A stretch of DNA of 59,802 nt from SAR86 cluster bacterium. Its GTDB lineage: Bacteria; Pseudomonadota; Gammaproteobacteria; Magnimaribacterales; D2472. The notes under the pieces are model-generated. The model was not told where the DNA came from, did no database searches, and saw nothing but the letters and a program-made list of their open reading frames with translations. The translations under genes and the position numbers were made by a program. Shown one piece after another: positions 39,827-50,542 of this stretch. The stretch's first letter is position 1; each line of letters starts with the position of its first letter. The stretch is from the NCBI GenBank assembly GCA_004212975.1, contig SHBF01000003.1, forward strand, positions 1-59,802, read 5' to 3'.

Positions 39827-40665
39827 TTAGACGCTGTTCTCTCAGCTGATTGAAGCGTTTGAAGAATCAACGTATTAATTGTCATTGGTCCTACTCCTCC
39901 AGGCACTGGTGTATATGCGCTTGCAATTTTTTCAATATTATCAAGATCAATATCTCCGCATTTTTCTGGATGGTAACCAGCATCGATAACAATCGCATCT
40001 TTTTTAATCCAATCAGATTTTATAAATTTAGGTATTCCAACAGCCCCAACTATTAAATCTGCATTTTTAATTATTAAATCTAGATTTCTAGTTCTTGAAT
40101 GACATATTGTCACTGTAGCATTCATATTTAAAAGCATCATTGCCATTGGCTTGCCCAAAATTGGACTCCTACCAACAACGACAGCATTTAAGCCTTCTAT
40201 TTTAATATTATGATGATTAATTAATCTCATAATTCCAGCAGGTGTACATGAGCCATAAGCATCAAGCCCCATTGACATGTTTCCAAAGCCCAGGCAGGTA
40301 ACTCCATCTACATCTTTATTAATATCTATTTCATCAAAACACAATCTTTCATCAATTTGAGATGGAACTGGATGTTGAAGCAAAATGCCATGAACATTCA
40401 CATCATTATTTAAACTTCTAATTTTTTCTAAAAGTTCTTCAGTAGTTGTATCTTCAGATAATTCAACAGCTATAGATTTTATACCTACTCTCGCACAGGT
40501 ATTTCTTTTCATTTTCACATAGGTTTCAGAAGCCGGATCATTACCAACAAGAATAGTTGCTAAAGTTGGCTTTATATTTTTTGATGACAATTCTTGAACC
40601 TTCTTCTTTATAGATTCTTCAGAAATTCTTGATAGCTCTTTACCGTCTAATATTATTGCAGACAT
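39823..40665 (-). CDS. folD: Methylenetetrahydrofolate dehydrogenase/cyclohydrolase
   Basis: [34 protein letters not shown]. Confidence 0.97.
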   Translation of the reverse strand: MSAIILDGKELSRISEESIKKKVQELSSKNIKPTLATILVGNDPASETYVKMKRNTCARVGIKSIAVELSEDTTTEELLEKIRSLNNDVNVHGILLQHPVPSQIDERLCFDEIDINKDVDGVTCLGFGNMSMGLDAYGSCTPAGIMRLINHHNIKIEGLNAVVVGRSPILGKPMAMMLLNMNATVTICHSRTRNLDLIIKNADLIVGAVGIPKFIKSDWIKKDAIVIDAGYHPEKCGDIDLDNIEKIASAYTPVPGGVGPMTINTLILQTLQSAERTASN

Positions 40666-40706
40666 AATGTTATTATCTCATTAATTGATATTTATGCCCA
40701 TGAAGA

Positions 40707-40735
40707 TTGCTTATTTATTATATTAACTTTAATAT
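40707..40735 (+). promoter_or_regulatory. Sigma70-like promoter of the tRNA-Pro/Arg unit
   Basis: TTGCTT-17 bp-TAATAT, ending 9 nt before tRNA-Pro. Confidence 0.5.
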
Positions 40736-40744
40736 TTGCATCCT

Positions 40745-40821
40745 CGGGGTATAGCGCAGTCTGGTAGCGCACTCGCTTTGGGAGCGAGTGGTCGTAAGTT
40801 CGAATCTTACTACCCCGACCA
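40745..40821 (+). tRNA. tRNA-Pro(TGG)
   Basis: CGGGGTA...CTCGC-TT-TGG-GA-GCGAG...TACCCCG-A-CCA. Confidence 0.97.
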
Positions 40822-40822
40822 A

Positions 40823-40899
<77 letters not shown>

Positions 40900-40909
40900 T
40901 TTTTTTGAT

Positions 40910-41842
40910 ATGTATAAAATTGCTACTTTATATAAATTTTCGAGGATTCAAAATCCACTAAAAACTCATAAAGACATCTGTTCAAATTTAAAAGAACTTA
41001 ACATTAAAGGAACAATTCTTGTTGGTGAGGAGGGTCTCAATGGAACGATTTGTGCGACTAGTGAAAAAAAATTAAGTAAAGCAATTAAGTATTTACAAAG
41101 TATAGATGGCTTTGATGCTTTGGATGTAAAGTATTCTTCATCAGAAAAAAATCCCTTTGTAAGAATGAAAGTTAAATTAAAAAAAGAAATTGTAACAATT
41201 GGAGATAATTCAATAGATCCAACAGAAGAGGTTGGTGAATATGTTGACCCAAATAACTGGAACAAATTAATTGATGATAAAAACACAATTTTAATTGATA
41301 CAAGAAATAACTATGAATATTCAATAGGGACTTTTAAAAACTCTATAAATCCTCATACAAATAAATTTAGAGAATTTCCAAAATGGATAAAAAAACAAAA
41401 GTTTTCCAATAAGGACAAAGAATCAAAAAATATAGCTATGTTTTGCACTGGTGGAATTAGATGTGAAAAAGCTTCTTCGTTGATGAAAAATCAAGGGTTT
41501 AAGAATGTTTACCATCTCAAAGGGGGAATATTGAAATATTTTGAATTAGTCCCTGAAGAGCAAAGCAAATGGCAGGGAGAGTGTTTTGTATTTGATGATA
41601 GAGTTTCTGTAAAACATGACTTATCTGAGGGAACATATGATATGTGTCATGGATGCAGAATGCCAATTACTGAAAAAGATAAAACTTCTAAAAAATATAT
41701 CAAAGGTGTATCTTGTTTAAAGTGTTTTGATAAAACAACTGAAGAACAAAAATCGAGATACATGAGCAGACAAAAACAAGTAGACTTGGCAAAAAAAAGA
41801 AATCAGCGACATATTGGACCTAAAGAGGAGGTATTTAATTAA
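40910..41842 (+). CDS. trhO: tRNA U34 hydroxylase TrhO (rhodanese-related, YceA family)
   Basis: LYKF, EGLNGT, IDTRNNYE..IGTF, MFCTGGIRCEKA, GECFVFDDRV; start reassigned to 40910 after the tRNA. Confidence 0.9.
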   Translation: MYKIATLYKFSRIQNPLKTHKDICSNLKELNIKGTILVGEEGLNGTICATSEKKLSKAIKYLQSIDGFDALDVKYSSSEKNPFVRMKVKLKKEIVTIGDNSIDPTEEVGEYVDPNNWNKLIDDKNTILIDTRNNYEYSIGTFKNSINPHTNKFREFPKWIKKQKFSNKDKESKNIAMFCTGGIRCEKASSLMKNQGFKNVYHLKGGILKYFELVPEEQSKWQGECFVFDDRVSVKHDLSEGTYDMCHGCRMPITEKDKTSKKYIKGVSCLKCFDKTTEEQKSRYMSRQKQVDLAKKRNQRHIGPKEEVFN

Positions 41843-41847
41843 TTATT

Positions 41848-42489
41848 ATGGAATATCCAATTTTATATTCATTTATTAGATGTCCATATGCAATGAGAGC
41901 AAGAATGGCATTAAAACTGACTAATACAAAATGCGAAATAAGAGAAGTGAGGCTAAACAATAAGCCTAAGCAAATGATAGACAAATCTCCCAAAGGAACC
42001 GTCCCAGTGTTAGTCCTTCAGAAAGAAGTAATTGATGAGAGTAATGACATAATTGAATGGGCTCTCAGCTCAAACAATATATTTGATGGAAATATAGATC
42101 ATGATCAAATAGATTTAACAAACAATTTAATTGAACTTTTTGATTCTAAATTTAAATATAATCTTGACAGATATAAGTACGCGACTAGATATAAAAATAT
42201 TGATAAAGACAAACACAAGATAGAGTGTTTAGATATTTTAATTAATTTAGAAAATGTAATCTCAAACGACGGATGGATTCTTGGGAGCAAAATTAATAAA
42301 TTAGACATATCAATCCTGCCTTTTATTCGACAGTTTAGAATTGCAGACATTGAATGGTTTGATAAGCAAAATAAAATTAAAGGAATCCAAAAAATTTTAT
42401 TTAATTTCCTTGATTCAAACCTATTCAAAGAAGTAATGTACAAATATGATGTATGGGAAGAAAATGCTGAACCACAATTTTTTCCTTAA
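41848..42489 (+). CDS. Glutathione S-transferase family protein
   Basis: LYSFIRCPYAMRAR, SPKGTVPVL, ES motif, PFIRQF. Confidence 0.9.
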   Translation: MEYPILYSFIRCPYAMRARMALKLTNTKCEIREVRLNNKPKQMIDKSPKGTVPVLVLQKEVIDESNDIIEWALSSNNIFDGNIDHDQIDLTNNLIELFDSKFKYNLDRYKYATRYKNIDKDKHKIECLDILINLENVISNDGWILGSKINKLDISILPFIRQFRIADIEWFDKQNKIKGIQKILFNFLDSNLFKEVMYKYDVWEENAEPQFFP

Positions 42490-42543
42490 AAGAAATCAAA
42501 AAATAGATAATAATTTTATTTAAACTATAATACCGAATCTTGT

Positions 42544-42621
42544 GGCGGGCGTAGCTCAGTTGGTTAGAGCGCTGGATTGTGGCTCCGGAGGCCGTGGGTT
42601 CGAACCCCATCGCTCGCCCCA
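42544..42621 (+). tRNA. tRNA-His(GTG)
   Basis: Encoded G-1 and C73; CTGGA-TT-GTG-GC-TCCGG anticodon arm; CCA. Confidence 0.97.
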
Positions 42622-42638
42622 GTTTTGAGAGAAAAATA

Positions 42639-43934
42639 ATGAAAGTAAGTATTAAAAAATTAAAAGATCTTGAAAGGAAGATTTTAGTTACAATTCCAGT
42701 TAATGAATATGAATTAAAATTTTCTACAAAATTAAAAAACATTAGAACTAAAGCTAAAGTTGATGGATTTAGGAAGGGCAATGTGCCAAATGAAGTTTTA
42801 GAACAGAAGTATGGAGCTTCTATGCATAATGAAGTTATTAACGAACTTATTCAAGAGACATATCCAAAAGCAATATCAGAAAATAACATAAGACCTGCAT
42901 CATCACCTCAGATTTCAATTGATTCTGAAGATCCAAAAAAACCTTTATCTTATAGTGCAATTATAGAAGTATTTCCTGAAATTAAACCCAAGCTATCAAG
43001 GTGGACAAATTATGAAGAGTTTGAAATCGAGGTTGAGGAGAATGACATAAATCTTGCAATAGATGATATCAAAAAGAGATATGGAGATTGGAATGATGTG
43101 CAAAGAGAGGCAAGATTAGATGATCAGGTTGTAATTGATTTCATAGGAAAAATTGATGGTAAAGAATTTGAAGGTAATACTGCAAATGACTTTAAGTTAG
43201 TATTAGGAAGCAAATCAATGATTCCAGGATTTGAAGATAGCATTATTGGGAAAAAACCATCTAAGTTTTCAATAGAATGTACCTTTCCTGAAGACTATTT
43301 CAAAAAAGATTTAGCAGGCGTTAAGGCTGAATTTGAAATTAATCTTAAAGATGTTCAAGAAATGAAAGAGGCAAATATTGATAAAGATCTTTTTGATAAA
43401 CTTCAAATGGAAATTAAAGACAAATCAGAATTCAAGAATGAAATCACATCTCGAATGAAAAATGAGGTTGCAACTCAAGAGAAAGAACTTACTAAAGAGT
43501 CAATGTATGAAACACTGTTAAAAACAAATAACTTTAAAATTCCTAATGCTACAGTTAATCAACAAGCAGATTTGATGCGCAAAGATGCGTTGATGAGAAT
43601 TGGACATAGCGAAGATAATGCTGGCGATGATCTTTTTCCTATTGAGAGCTTTATGGAAAAAGCTGAAAAAAGAGTAAAACTTGACTTACTATTTGCTGAG
43701 TTAGTTAATCACTTTGATATTAAAGTAGAAAAACAGAATATTGATGATTTTATAGATAAGGAGTCAAAAAGATATAAGGATCCTGAACAATATAAAAAAT
43801 GGATAACTGGTCAACCGCAGCAATTAGAGCAATTTAAAATGATTGTGTTAGAAAAACAATTAGTTGAAAAATTAGAAAATGTTCTTAAATCAAAGAAGAA
43901 AGTGATAAAATTTTCAGAATTAGCAAATAGATAA
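42639..43934 (+). CDS. tig: Trigger factor
   Basis: GFRKGNVP signature, FKBP domain MIPGFED; start reassigned to 42639 after the tRNA. Confidence 0.95.
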   Translation: MKVSIKKLKDLERKILVTIPVNEYELKFSTKLKNIRTKAKVDGFRKGNVPNEVLEQKYGASMHNEVINELIQETYPKAISENNIRPASSPQISIDSEDPKKPLSYSAIIEVFPEIKPKLSRWTNYEEFEIEVEENDINLAIDDIKKRYGDWNDVQREARLDDQVVIDFIGKIDGKEFEGNTANDFKLVLGSKSMIPGFEDSIIGKKPSKFSIECTFPEDYFKKDLAGVKAEFEINLKDVQEMKEANIDKDLFDKLQMEIKDKSEFKNEITSRMKNEVATQEKELTKESMYETLLKTNNFKIPNATVNQQADLMRKDALMRIGHSEDNAGDDLFPIESFMEKAEKRVKLDLLFAELVNHFDIKVEKQNIDDFIDKESKRYKDPEQYKKWITGQPQQLEQFKMIVLEKQLVEKLENVLKSKKKVIKFSELANR

Positions 43935-43940
43935 TTTTAT

Positions 43941-44540
43941 ATGGAAGATATTAAATCAGCGCTTATACCAATGGTAATTGAACAGACTCCTAGAGGTGAG
44001 AGGTCGTTTGATATTTATTCACGTCTTTTAAAAGAAAGAGTTATATTTCTATCTGGGCCTATTGATGACTACATCTCTAATTTGGTTGTTGCTCAATTAT
44101 TATTTTTGGAGTCAGAGAATCCAGAAAAAGATATATCCATATACATTAATTCACCCGGTGGAAGTATCTCTGCAGGACTTGCAATATATGACACCATGCA
44201 ATTTGTTTCTCCATCAATCTCTACGATGTGCATTGGACAGGCTGCAAGCATGGGAGCATTGTTGCTAGCAGGAGGCGACAATAAAAAGAGGTTTGCTTTA
44301 CCTAATTCAAGAATAATGATTCACCAACCTTTGGGCGGATTTCAAGGTCAAGCATCTGACTTTGAAATTCATGCAAAGGAAATTTTGCATATGAAAAAAA
44401 TAGTTAATGAAATATTAGCAAAACATACTGGTCAAACTATAAAGAAAATTGAAAAAGATACTGACAGAGATAATTTCCTAGATGCAAATTCTGCAAAAGC
44501 ATATGGTATTGTTGATAAAATATTAGAGGAAAGAAAATAA
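43941..44540 (+). CDS. clpP: ATP-dependent Clp protease proteolytic subunit
   Basis: [26 protein letters not shown]. Confidence 0.98.
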   Translation: MEDIKSALIPMVIEQTPRGERSFDIYSRLLKERVIFLSGPIDDYISNLVVAQLLFLESENPEKDISIYINSPGGSISAGLAIYDTMQFVSPSISTMCIGQAASMGALLLAGGDNKKRFALPNSRIMIHQPLGGFQGQASDFEIHAKEILHMKKIVNEILAKHTGQTIKKIEKDTDRDNFLDANSAKAYGIVDKILEERK

Positions 44541-44544
44541 TACA

Positions 44545-45801
44545 ATGAGTAACGAAGCACAAACTGATAAATTGAATTGCTCTTTCTGTGGAAAGGTTCA
44601 AGATGAGGTAAAAAAATTAATTGCTGGACCTAGTGTTTATATTTGTAATGAATGTGTAGATCTTTGTAATGACATCATTGAAGAAGAGATTAAAAATGAT
44701 GAAGAGTCACCATATGATCAATCTTTATCACCTCTTGAAATATACAATCAACTTGATGAGTACGTTATTGGTCAAGAAAAAGCAAAAAAGGTTTTATCAG
44801 TAGCTGTTTATAATCATTATAAGAGGCTTAGAAAAGGAAAATCTAAAGACAATGTTGAGCTTCAAAAAAGTAATGTCCTACTTCTAGGGCCAACAGGAAG
44901 TGGAAAAACATTATTAGCTCAAACTTTAGCAAAAATACTTAATGTTCCGTTCACTATTGCAGATGCTACTACATTGACTGAAGCTGGTTATGTTGGCGAG
45001 GACGTTGAAAATATTATTCAAAAACTACTTCAAAAAGCTGACTACGATCCTGAAAAAGCTGAGTTAGGAATTGTTTACATAGATGAGATAGATAAAATTG
45101 CACGAAAATCCGATAATCCATCTATTACAAGAGATGTTTCAGGGGAAGGTGTTCAGCAAGCTCTTCTTAAGTTAATAGAAGGAACTGTGGCATCAATTCC
45201 TCCCCAAGGTGGAAGAAAACATCCACAGCAAGAGTTTATTCAAATCAACACATCTAATATTCTATTTATTTGTGGTGGAGCTTTTTCTGGACTAAACAAA
45301 GTTATAGAGCAAAGAACAAATAAAACAGGTATTGGTTTTAGTGCTGATGTAGACACTCAATCAAATGTAAGCAAGATAGGAAAAAACATTGATGATCTTG
45401 AGCCAGCGGATCTTGTTAAATATGGCCTAATTCCAGAATTTGTTGGAAGGTTGCCAGTAATATCTAATCTTCATGAACTTGATGAAGATGCTCTTGTAAG
45501 AATTCTTAAAGAGCCTAAAAATGCTTTGGTTAATCAGTATAGCCATTTATTTGAAATTGATGATGTTGAATTATCATTCCGAGATGAAGCACTTAAAGAA
45601 ATTGCAAAACAAGCTATTAAAAGAAAAACAGGTGCAAGAGGACTTCGGTCAATTATGGAAGATATATTAATGGATACTATGTTTGATCTTCCTAATGTTG
45701 ACTTGGAGAAAGTTATTATTGACGAAAAAGCAGTTATTAATAGATCTGAACCTATAAAATTATTAAAAACTAAATCAAAAAAAACCTCATCAGGTAATTG
45801 A
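44545..45801 (+). CDS. clpX: Clp protease ATP-binding subunit ClpX
   Basis: C4 zinc finger [20 protein letters not shown] loop. Confidence 0.98.
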   Translation: MSNEAQTDKLNCSFCGKVQDEVKKLIAGPSVYICNECVDLCNDIIEEEIKNDEESPYDQSLSPLEIYNQLDEYVIGQEKAKKVLSVAVYNHYKRLRKGKSKDNVELQKSNVLLLGPTGSGKTLLAQTLAKILNVPFTIADATTLTEAGYVGEDVENIIQKLLQKADYDPEKAELGIVYIDEIDKIARKSDNPSITRDVSGEGVQQALLKLIEGTVASIPPQGGRKHPQQEFIQINTSNILFICGGAFSGLNKVIEQRTNKTGIGFSADVDTQSNVSKIGKNIDDLEPADLVKYGLIPEFVGRLPVISNLHELDEDALVRILKEPKNALVNQYSHLFEIDDVELSFRDEALKEIAKQAIKRKTGARGLRSIMEDILMDTMFDLPNVDLEKVIIDEKAVINRSEPIKLLKTKSKKTSSGN

Positions 45802-45824
45802 TATTTACCTAATTATCCCTATAT
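45798..45824 (+). promoter_or_regulatory. Sigma32-like promoter of lon (implies leaderless mRNA)
   Basis: TTGATA-13 nt-CCCTATAT, ending 7 nt before the lon ATG; no SD. Confidence 0.6.
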
Positions 45825-45831
45825 TTAATCT

Positions 45832-48228
45832 ATGAGTAAGATTAAATCCGATTTGCCTTTAATACCCCTTAGAGATGTTGTAGTTTTTCCTGGAATAGTG
45901 ACAACACTTTTTGTTGGAAGGGCAAAGTCTGTAGAAGCTTTAAATATTGCTATGAATTCCAACAAGAAATTGGTATTAGTAAGTCAAAAAGATGCAGGCA
46001 ATGAAGACCCTAAAGTTGAAGATATTTATCAGTATGCTTCCATAAGTAACTTATTACAGCTAATCAAACTACCTGATGGCACTATGAAAGTTTTAGTAGA
46101 AGGCTTTAAAAGGTGTTCTATTGATAAGATTATTGAAAAAGATTCATATACTATTGCAAGAGTTACTGAAGAGGATGATCTTCCTTTAAAAGAAAATGAT
46201 TCTAAGAATTTAGTTAGATTAATTAAAGCAAAATTCGAAGACTACATTAGTGTTACAAAAAGAATTCCTCCTGAAATAGTTTCAACAGTAGATTCATTAG
46301 ATGAGTTATCAAGATTAATGGATACAATTACTGGACACCTTCCAATTGAAACCTCAAAGAAACAAGAAATTCTAGAAACAGTTGATCTTAAAGAAAGAGC
46401 TGAAAAAGTTTTAACTTTTATAGAATCACAGCTAGATGTAGTAGATGTTGAAAAAAAGGTTCGAGATAGAGTCAAAAAGCAAATGGAAAAATCACAAAGA
46501 GAATACTATCTCAATGAGCAAATTAAAGCTGCACAAAAAGAGCTCGGTGAAATAGGTGAAGAGGGTGATGAACTAGAGAATCTTGAGAAAAAAATTTACG
46601 AAGTAGGTATGACAAAAGAAGCCTTAAAAAAAGCAAAGAGTGAACTCGCAAAATTTAAACATATGGCACCTTCTTCAGCTGAGGCTTCAGTTGTAAGAAC
46701 TTATCTCGATTGTCTTGTGGATGTACCATGGAAAAAGAAGTCTAAGGTTAAAACTGATATAAAAGCTTCGATGGAAATTCTTGAAGAAGACCACTATGGT
46801 CTTGAAGAGGTAAAAGAAAGGATCGTAGAGTATTTAGCTGTTCAAAAAAGAGTTAAGTCAATGAAAGCTCCTGTATTATGTCTTGTTGGCCCTCCAGGCG
46901 TAGGTAAAACATCTTTAGGTGAGTCTATTGCTAGGGCTACTAATAGAAAGTTTGTAAGAATGTCACTTGGTGGTGTAAGAGATGAGTCTGAGATTAGGGG
47001 GCATAGAAGAACTTATATAGGTTCAATGCCTGGAAAAATTATTCAAAAACTTTCAAAAATAGGTGTAAAAAATCCATTATTTCTTTTAGATGAAATTGAT
47101 AAAATTGGCATGGATCATAGAGGGGACCCTGCATCTGCATTGTTGGAAGTTCTTGATCCTGAACAAAATAATACTTTTAGTGATCACTATCTTGAGGTTG
47201 ACTATGACTTGTCAGAAGTTATGTTTGTTTGTACGGCCAATAGCTTGAACATTCCAACACCTCTTTTAGATAGAATGGAAATTATCAGAATTCCTGGTTA
47301 CATAGAAGATGAAAAAATCAATATTGCAGAAAAGTATTTATTGCCTAAGCAAATGAAACGAAACGGATTGAAAGATGAAGAAATTAAATTAAACAAAAAT
47401 GTGATTCTTTCATTGATTAGATACTATACTCGGGAGGCTGGTGTTAGAGGTCTTGAAAGACAAATAGCAAGAATTTTGAGAAAGATCGTTAAGGAAAGAT
47501 TGGTAGATAGTTCGACTAAACAAAAACCTACGTCTATTTCATCTAAAAATCTTGAAAAATACTCTGGGGTTAAGAAATTCAAATATGGAGTTGCAGAAAA
47601 AGATAATGCTGTGGGACAAGTAACTGGTCTAGCTTGGACTGAAGTAGGGGGCGAACTTTTAACGATTGAAGCCTCAAATATTGATGGTAAAGGAAGAGTT
47701 ATTAAAACTGGTTCTTTGGGTGATGTAATGCAGGAATCAATACAAGCAGCACTTACAGTAGTTCGTTCAAGAGCAGAATCTCTTGGAATTCAACCAAATT
47801 TTTATGAGAAATATGATGTGCACATTCATGTGCCGGAGGGAGCAACTCCAAAAGATGGTCCAAGTGCTGGTGGTGCAATGGCCATCTCTTTAATTTCAAT
47901 CTTTACAGGTATTCCGGTTAGAGCAGATACTGCAATGACAGGAGAAATAACATTAAGAGGCCAAATATTAAAAATTGGTGGATTAAAAGAAAAATTACTT
48001 GCTGCTAAAAGAGGTGGAATTAAAAATGTAATTATACCTAAGGAGAATGAACCTGATCTTCAAGAAATTCCTAAACAAATTACCAAATCACTTAACATCA
48101 TTCCAGTAGAATGGATTGATGAAGTTATTTCAGCAGCTTTAGTTGAGGAGCCAACTCCTAATAATAAAAAAATTAAGAGTCAAAAGTCTAAAACTTCTAG
48201 AAAATCTGAAAGTAAACAAGCTCACTAA
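45832..48228 (+). CDS. lon: Lon protease
   Basis: PLRDVVVFP, GPPGVGKTS, PKDGPSAG, KIGGLKEK. Confidence 0.98.
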   Translation: MSKIKSDLPLIPLRDVVVFPGIVTTLFVGRAKSVEALNIAMNSNKKLVLVSQKDAGNEDPKVEDIYQYASISNLLQLIKLPDGTMKVLVEGFKRCSIDKIIEKDSYTIARVTEEDDLPLKENDSKNLVRLIKAKFEDYISVTKRIPPEIVSTVDSLDELSRLMDTITGHLPIETSKKQEILETVDLKERAEKVLTFIESQLDVVDVEKKVRDRVKKQMEKSQREYYLNEQIKAAQKELGEIGEEGDELENLEKKIYEVGMTKEALKKAKSELAKFKHMAPSSAEASVVRTYLDCLVDVPWKKKSKVKTDIKASMEILEEDHYGLEEVKERIVEYLAVQKRVKSMKAPVLCLVGPPGVGKTSLGESIARATNRKFVRMSLGGVRDESEIRGHRRTYIGSMPGKIIQKLSKIGVKNPLFLLDEIDKIGMDHRGDPASALLEVLDPEQNNTFSDHYLEVDYDLSEVMFVCTANSLNIPTPLLDRMEIIRIPGYIEDEKINIAEKYLLPKQMKRNGLKDEEIKLNKNVILSLIRYYTREAGVRGLERQIARILRKIVKERLVDSSTKQKPTSISSKNLEKYSGVKKFKYGVAEKDNAVGQVTGLAWTEVGGELLTIEASNIDGKGRVIKTGSLGDVMQESIQAALTVVRSRAESLGIQPNFYEKYDVHIHVPEGATPKDGPSAGGAMAISLISIFTGIPVRADTAMTGEITLRGQILKIGGLKEKLLAAKRGGIKNVIIPKENEPDLQEIPKQITKSLNIIPVEWIDEVISAALVEEPTPNNKKIKSQKSKTSRKSESKQAH

Positions 48229-48316
48229 AACCCTTTATTTACTTGACTTTTAGCTGTAAAAAGCTTTTCATAGAGATGTATTTATTAAATAAATTTACAC
48301 AGAGGAGTACATAAAT

Positions 48317-48595
48317 ATGAATAAATCAGATTTAGTTGATGCAGTTGCAGGAAGTGCAGATATGTCAAAAGCTGAAGCAGGTCGAGCTGTTGATGCTGTT
48401 TTAGATGGAATATCAGGTGCTTTAGGCAAAGGGGATTCAGTGGCGCTTGTAGGTTTTGGAACATTTTCGGTAAGACATAGAGCTGCTAGAGAAGGAAGAA
48501 ATCCACAAACTGGTGCTGCAATGCACATTCCAGCATCTAAAGTCCCAGGCTTTAAAGCAGGTAAAGGTTTAAAAGATATGGTAAAAAATAGTTAA
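48317..48595 (+). CDS. hupB: DNA-binding protein HU
   Basis: [26 protein letters not shown]; SD AGAGGAG. Confidence 0.96.
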   Translation: MNKSDLVDAVAGSADMSKAEAGRAVDAVLDGISGALGKGDSVALVGFGTFSVRHRAAREGRNPQTGAAMHIPASKVPGFKAGKGLKDMVKNS

Positions 48596-48610
48596 AAAAT
48601 TTTTTACTTT

Positions 48611-48638
48611 AAAAAGGGTGCTTATGCACCCTTTTTTT
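48611..48638 (+). terminator. Intrinsic terminator after hupB
   Basis: AAAAAGGGTGC-TTAT-GCACCCTTTTTTT. Confidence 0.88.
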
Positions 48639-48657
48639 ATTCTATAATATCGGCACT

Positions 48658-50532
48658 ATGATGGACTCACTAAGAAATTTTTTATCAGGACCAGGAGGCA
48701 TAGTTGTAATACTGTTACTTGGTCTTCCCTTTGTTTTTTTAGGAACAGGTTCCCTTGGATCAGGATTTTCAGGATCTTTTGGAAGTATTAATGGCGAAGA
48801 TGTTACTGAAACAGACGTTGCTTTGGCCTCTAGTTCCGCAGTTCAAAGGTTTCAAAGCATTTATGGTGAAGATTTTGACTTTAATATGTTGGATGAGGAT
48901 TTTAAAAATCAAAGTATTAAACAAGAACTAATACTACAAAAAGTTTTATTAGCAGAAGCGAGATCATTAGGATTTATTAATGATTCAACAAGAAACGAAA
49001 CTAAAAAGGCGATTATTCAAAGTCCCATTTTTCAAATCGATGGAATTTTTGACGAAGGGGTATATGAAGCTCAAGTTAACTCTAATGGCTTTACAAAAGA
49101 AGGTTATATAGATGTAATGACAGATTTTACTGCATCAGATCTATATAGAGGCTCTCTTAATACTGTGAGCTTCATAACACAAAAAGAGTTGCAAGATTTA
49201 GCAGAATTATTTGAAAAATCGTCTGATTTAAATTTTATAAAAATTGATTTCGCTGGTCTTGAAGACAAAATCACTAATACTTCATCAGAACTATTAGATT
49301 ATTATAATGAGAACGAAATACTTTTTTATTCTGATGAACAAAGAAGTTTTGAATATATTACATTATTACAATCTGATTATGCAGACTCAGTTCAAGTTCC
49401 CAATGATTACCTCACTAATTCATATAATCAATATTTAATAAATTTTGAAAATAGCGCACAAATTAGAATATCTCATATCATGATTGAAAAGGTTAATTAT
49501 GACTCAAGAGATGACGCTTTGGCTTCAATTGAAAATGTGCAAAATCTCTTAAATGAGGGCAATGAGTTTTCTAGCGTTGCTAAAAATTACAGTGAGGATA
49601 TTGTTACCAAAGATGTTGGTGGCGATTTGGAGTATTTTGAAAAAGATATTTTTCCACCTCAATTTGATGAAGCATTATCAAATCTGGAGTTAAATGAAAT
49701 TAGTGGCATAGTAGAACTCGATGAAACTTTTCATATCTTAAAAGTTACTGAAAAAACATTTCAAGAGCCAATGACAGAAGATGAGCTTAAAGAAAACCTC
49801 ATAAATGAACTAATTGAAACTGAATCTTTTGCATTAATGCAAGACGATTTAGATGAAACTGAAAATTTAATTATAGAAAACAGTTCGCTTAAAGATATTT
49901 CTGAAGTTCTTAATAAAAAAATTAATCGTACAAATCTTTATTCAACTCTTACTTATGAGTTTGATTTAACAGATCCTGAAATTAAAGATTATCTATTTTC
50001 TTCAGAAGCTAATATTGATAAACCTTATGCAATTGAGTTATCTGATAGAGTAATAATTATGTCAGTAAATATGATTAAAGAGCCTGAACTTCAGAATTAT
50101 GATTCTGTGGAAGTTGAAGTGAACAAAAAGCTCTCTAATCTCAAAGCAATAGAAAAAATTAGTCTATTAAGTGATGAATTAAATTTAATTGAAAATTTAG
50201 ACGATAAACAAAAATTTATTGACACATACACTTATGTTACGGAGGAATCTTTCGTAGGTGTTAAAAGAAATTCTTCACTAATGCCAAGAGAAGTTTTAAC
50301 AGAAGTATTTAATAATAAAAGTGGTTCTGAGATTACAGTCACTGCAAGCAACGGAGATAAATATATAATTGATATTAATAAATTTAATCTTCCAGATGAT
50401 TCAGAAATCGATGATATATTAAATGAATATACTTCCTTTAGTGAGAATGTATTAATTACAAAAATGTCTCAAATAATTAATGAAGATGTTTTTGATAAAG
50501 CAAGAGTAAATTTGAGCAATTTAGCTTTGTAA
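48658..50532 (+). CDS. ppiD: Peptidyl-prolyl isomerase D (SurA-N + rotamase)
   Basis: N-terminal TM, ISHIMI..FSSVAKNYSED..GGDLEYF..FHILKV; conserved position after hupB. Confidence 0.88.
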   Translation: MMDSLRNFLSGPGGIVVILLLGLPFVFLGTGSLGSGFSGSFGSINGEDVTETDVALASSSAVQRFQSIYGEDFDFNMLDEDFKNQSIKQELILQKVLLAEARSLGFINDSTRNETKKAIIQSPIFQIDGIFDEGVYEAQVNSNGFTKEGYIDVMTDFTASDLYRGSLNTVSFITQKELQDLAELFEKSSDLNFIKIDFAGLEDKITNTSSELLDYYNENEILFYSDEQRSFEYITLLQSDYADSVQVPNDYLTNSYNQYLINFENSAQIRISHIMIEKVNYDSRDDALASIENVQNLLNEGNEFSSVAKNYSEDIVTKDVGGDLEYFEKDIFPPQFDEALSNLELNEISGIVELDETFHILKVTEKTFQEPMTEDELKENLINELIETESFALMQDDLDETENLIIENSSLKDISEVLNKKINRTNLYSTLTYEFDLTDPEIKDYLFSSEANIDKPYAIELSDRVIIMSVNMIKEPELQNYDSVEVEVNKKLSNLKAIEKISLLSDELNLIENLDDKQKFIDTYTYVTEESFVGVKRNSSLMPREVLTEVFNNKSGSEITVTASNGDKYIIDINKFNLPDDSEIDDILNEYTSFSENVLITKMSQIINEDVFDKARVNLSNLAL

Positions 50533-50542
50533 GGATTTTATT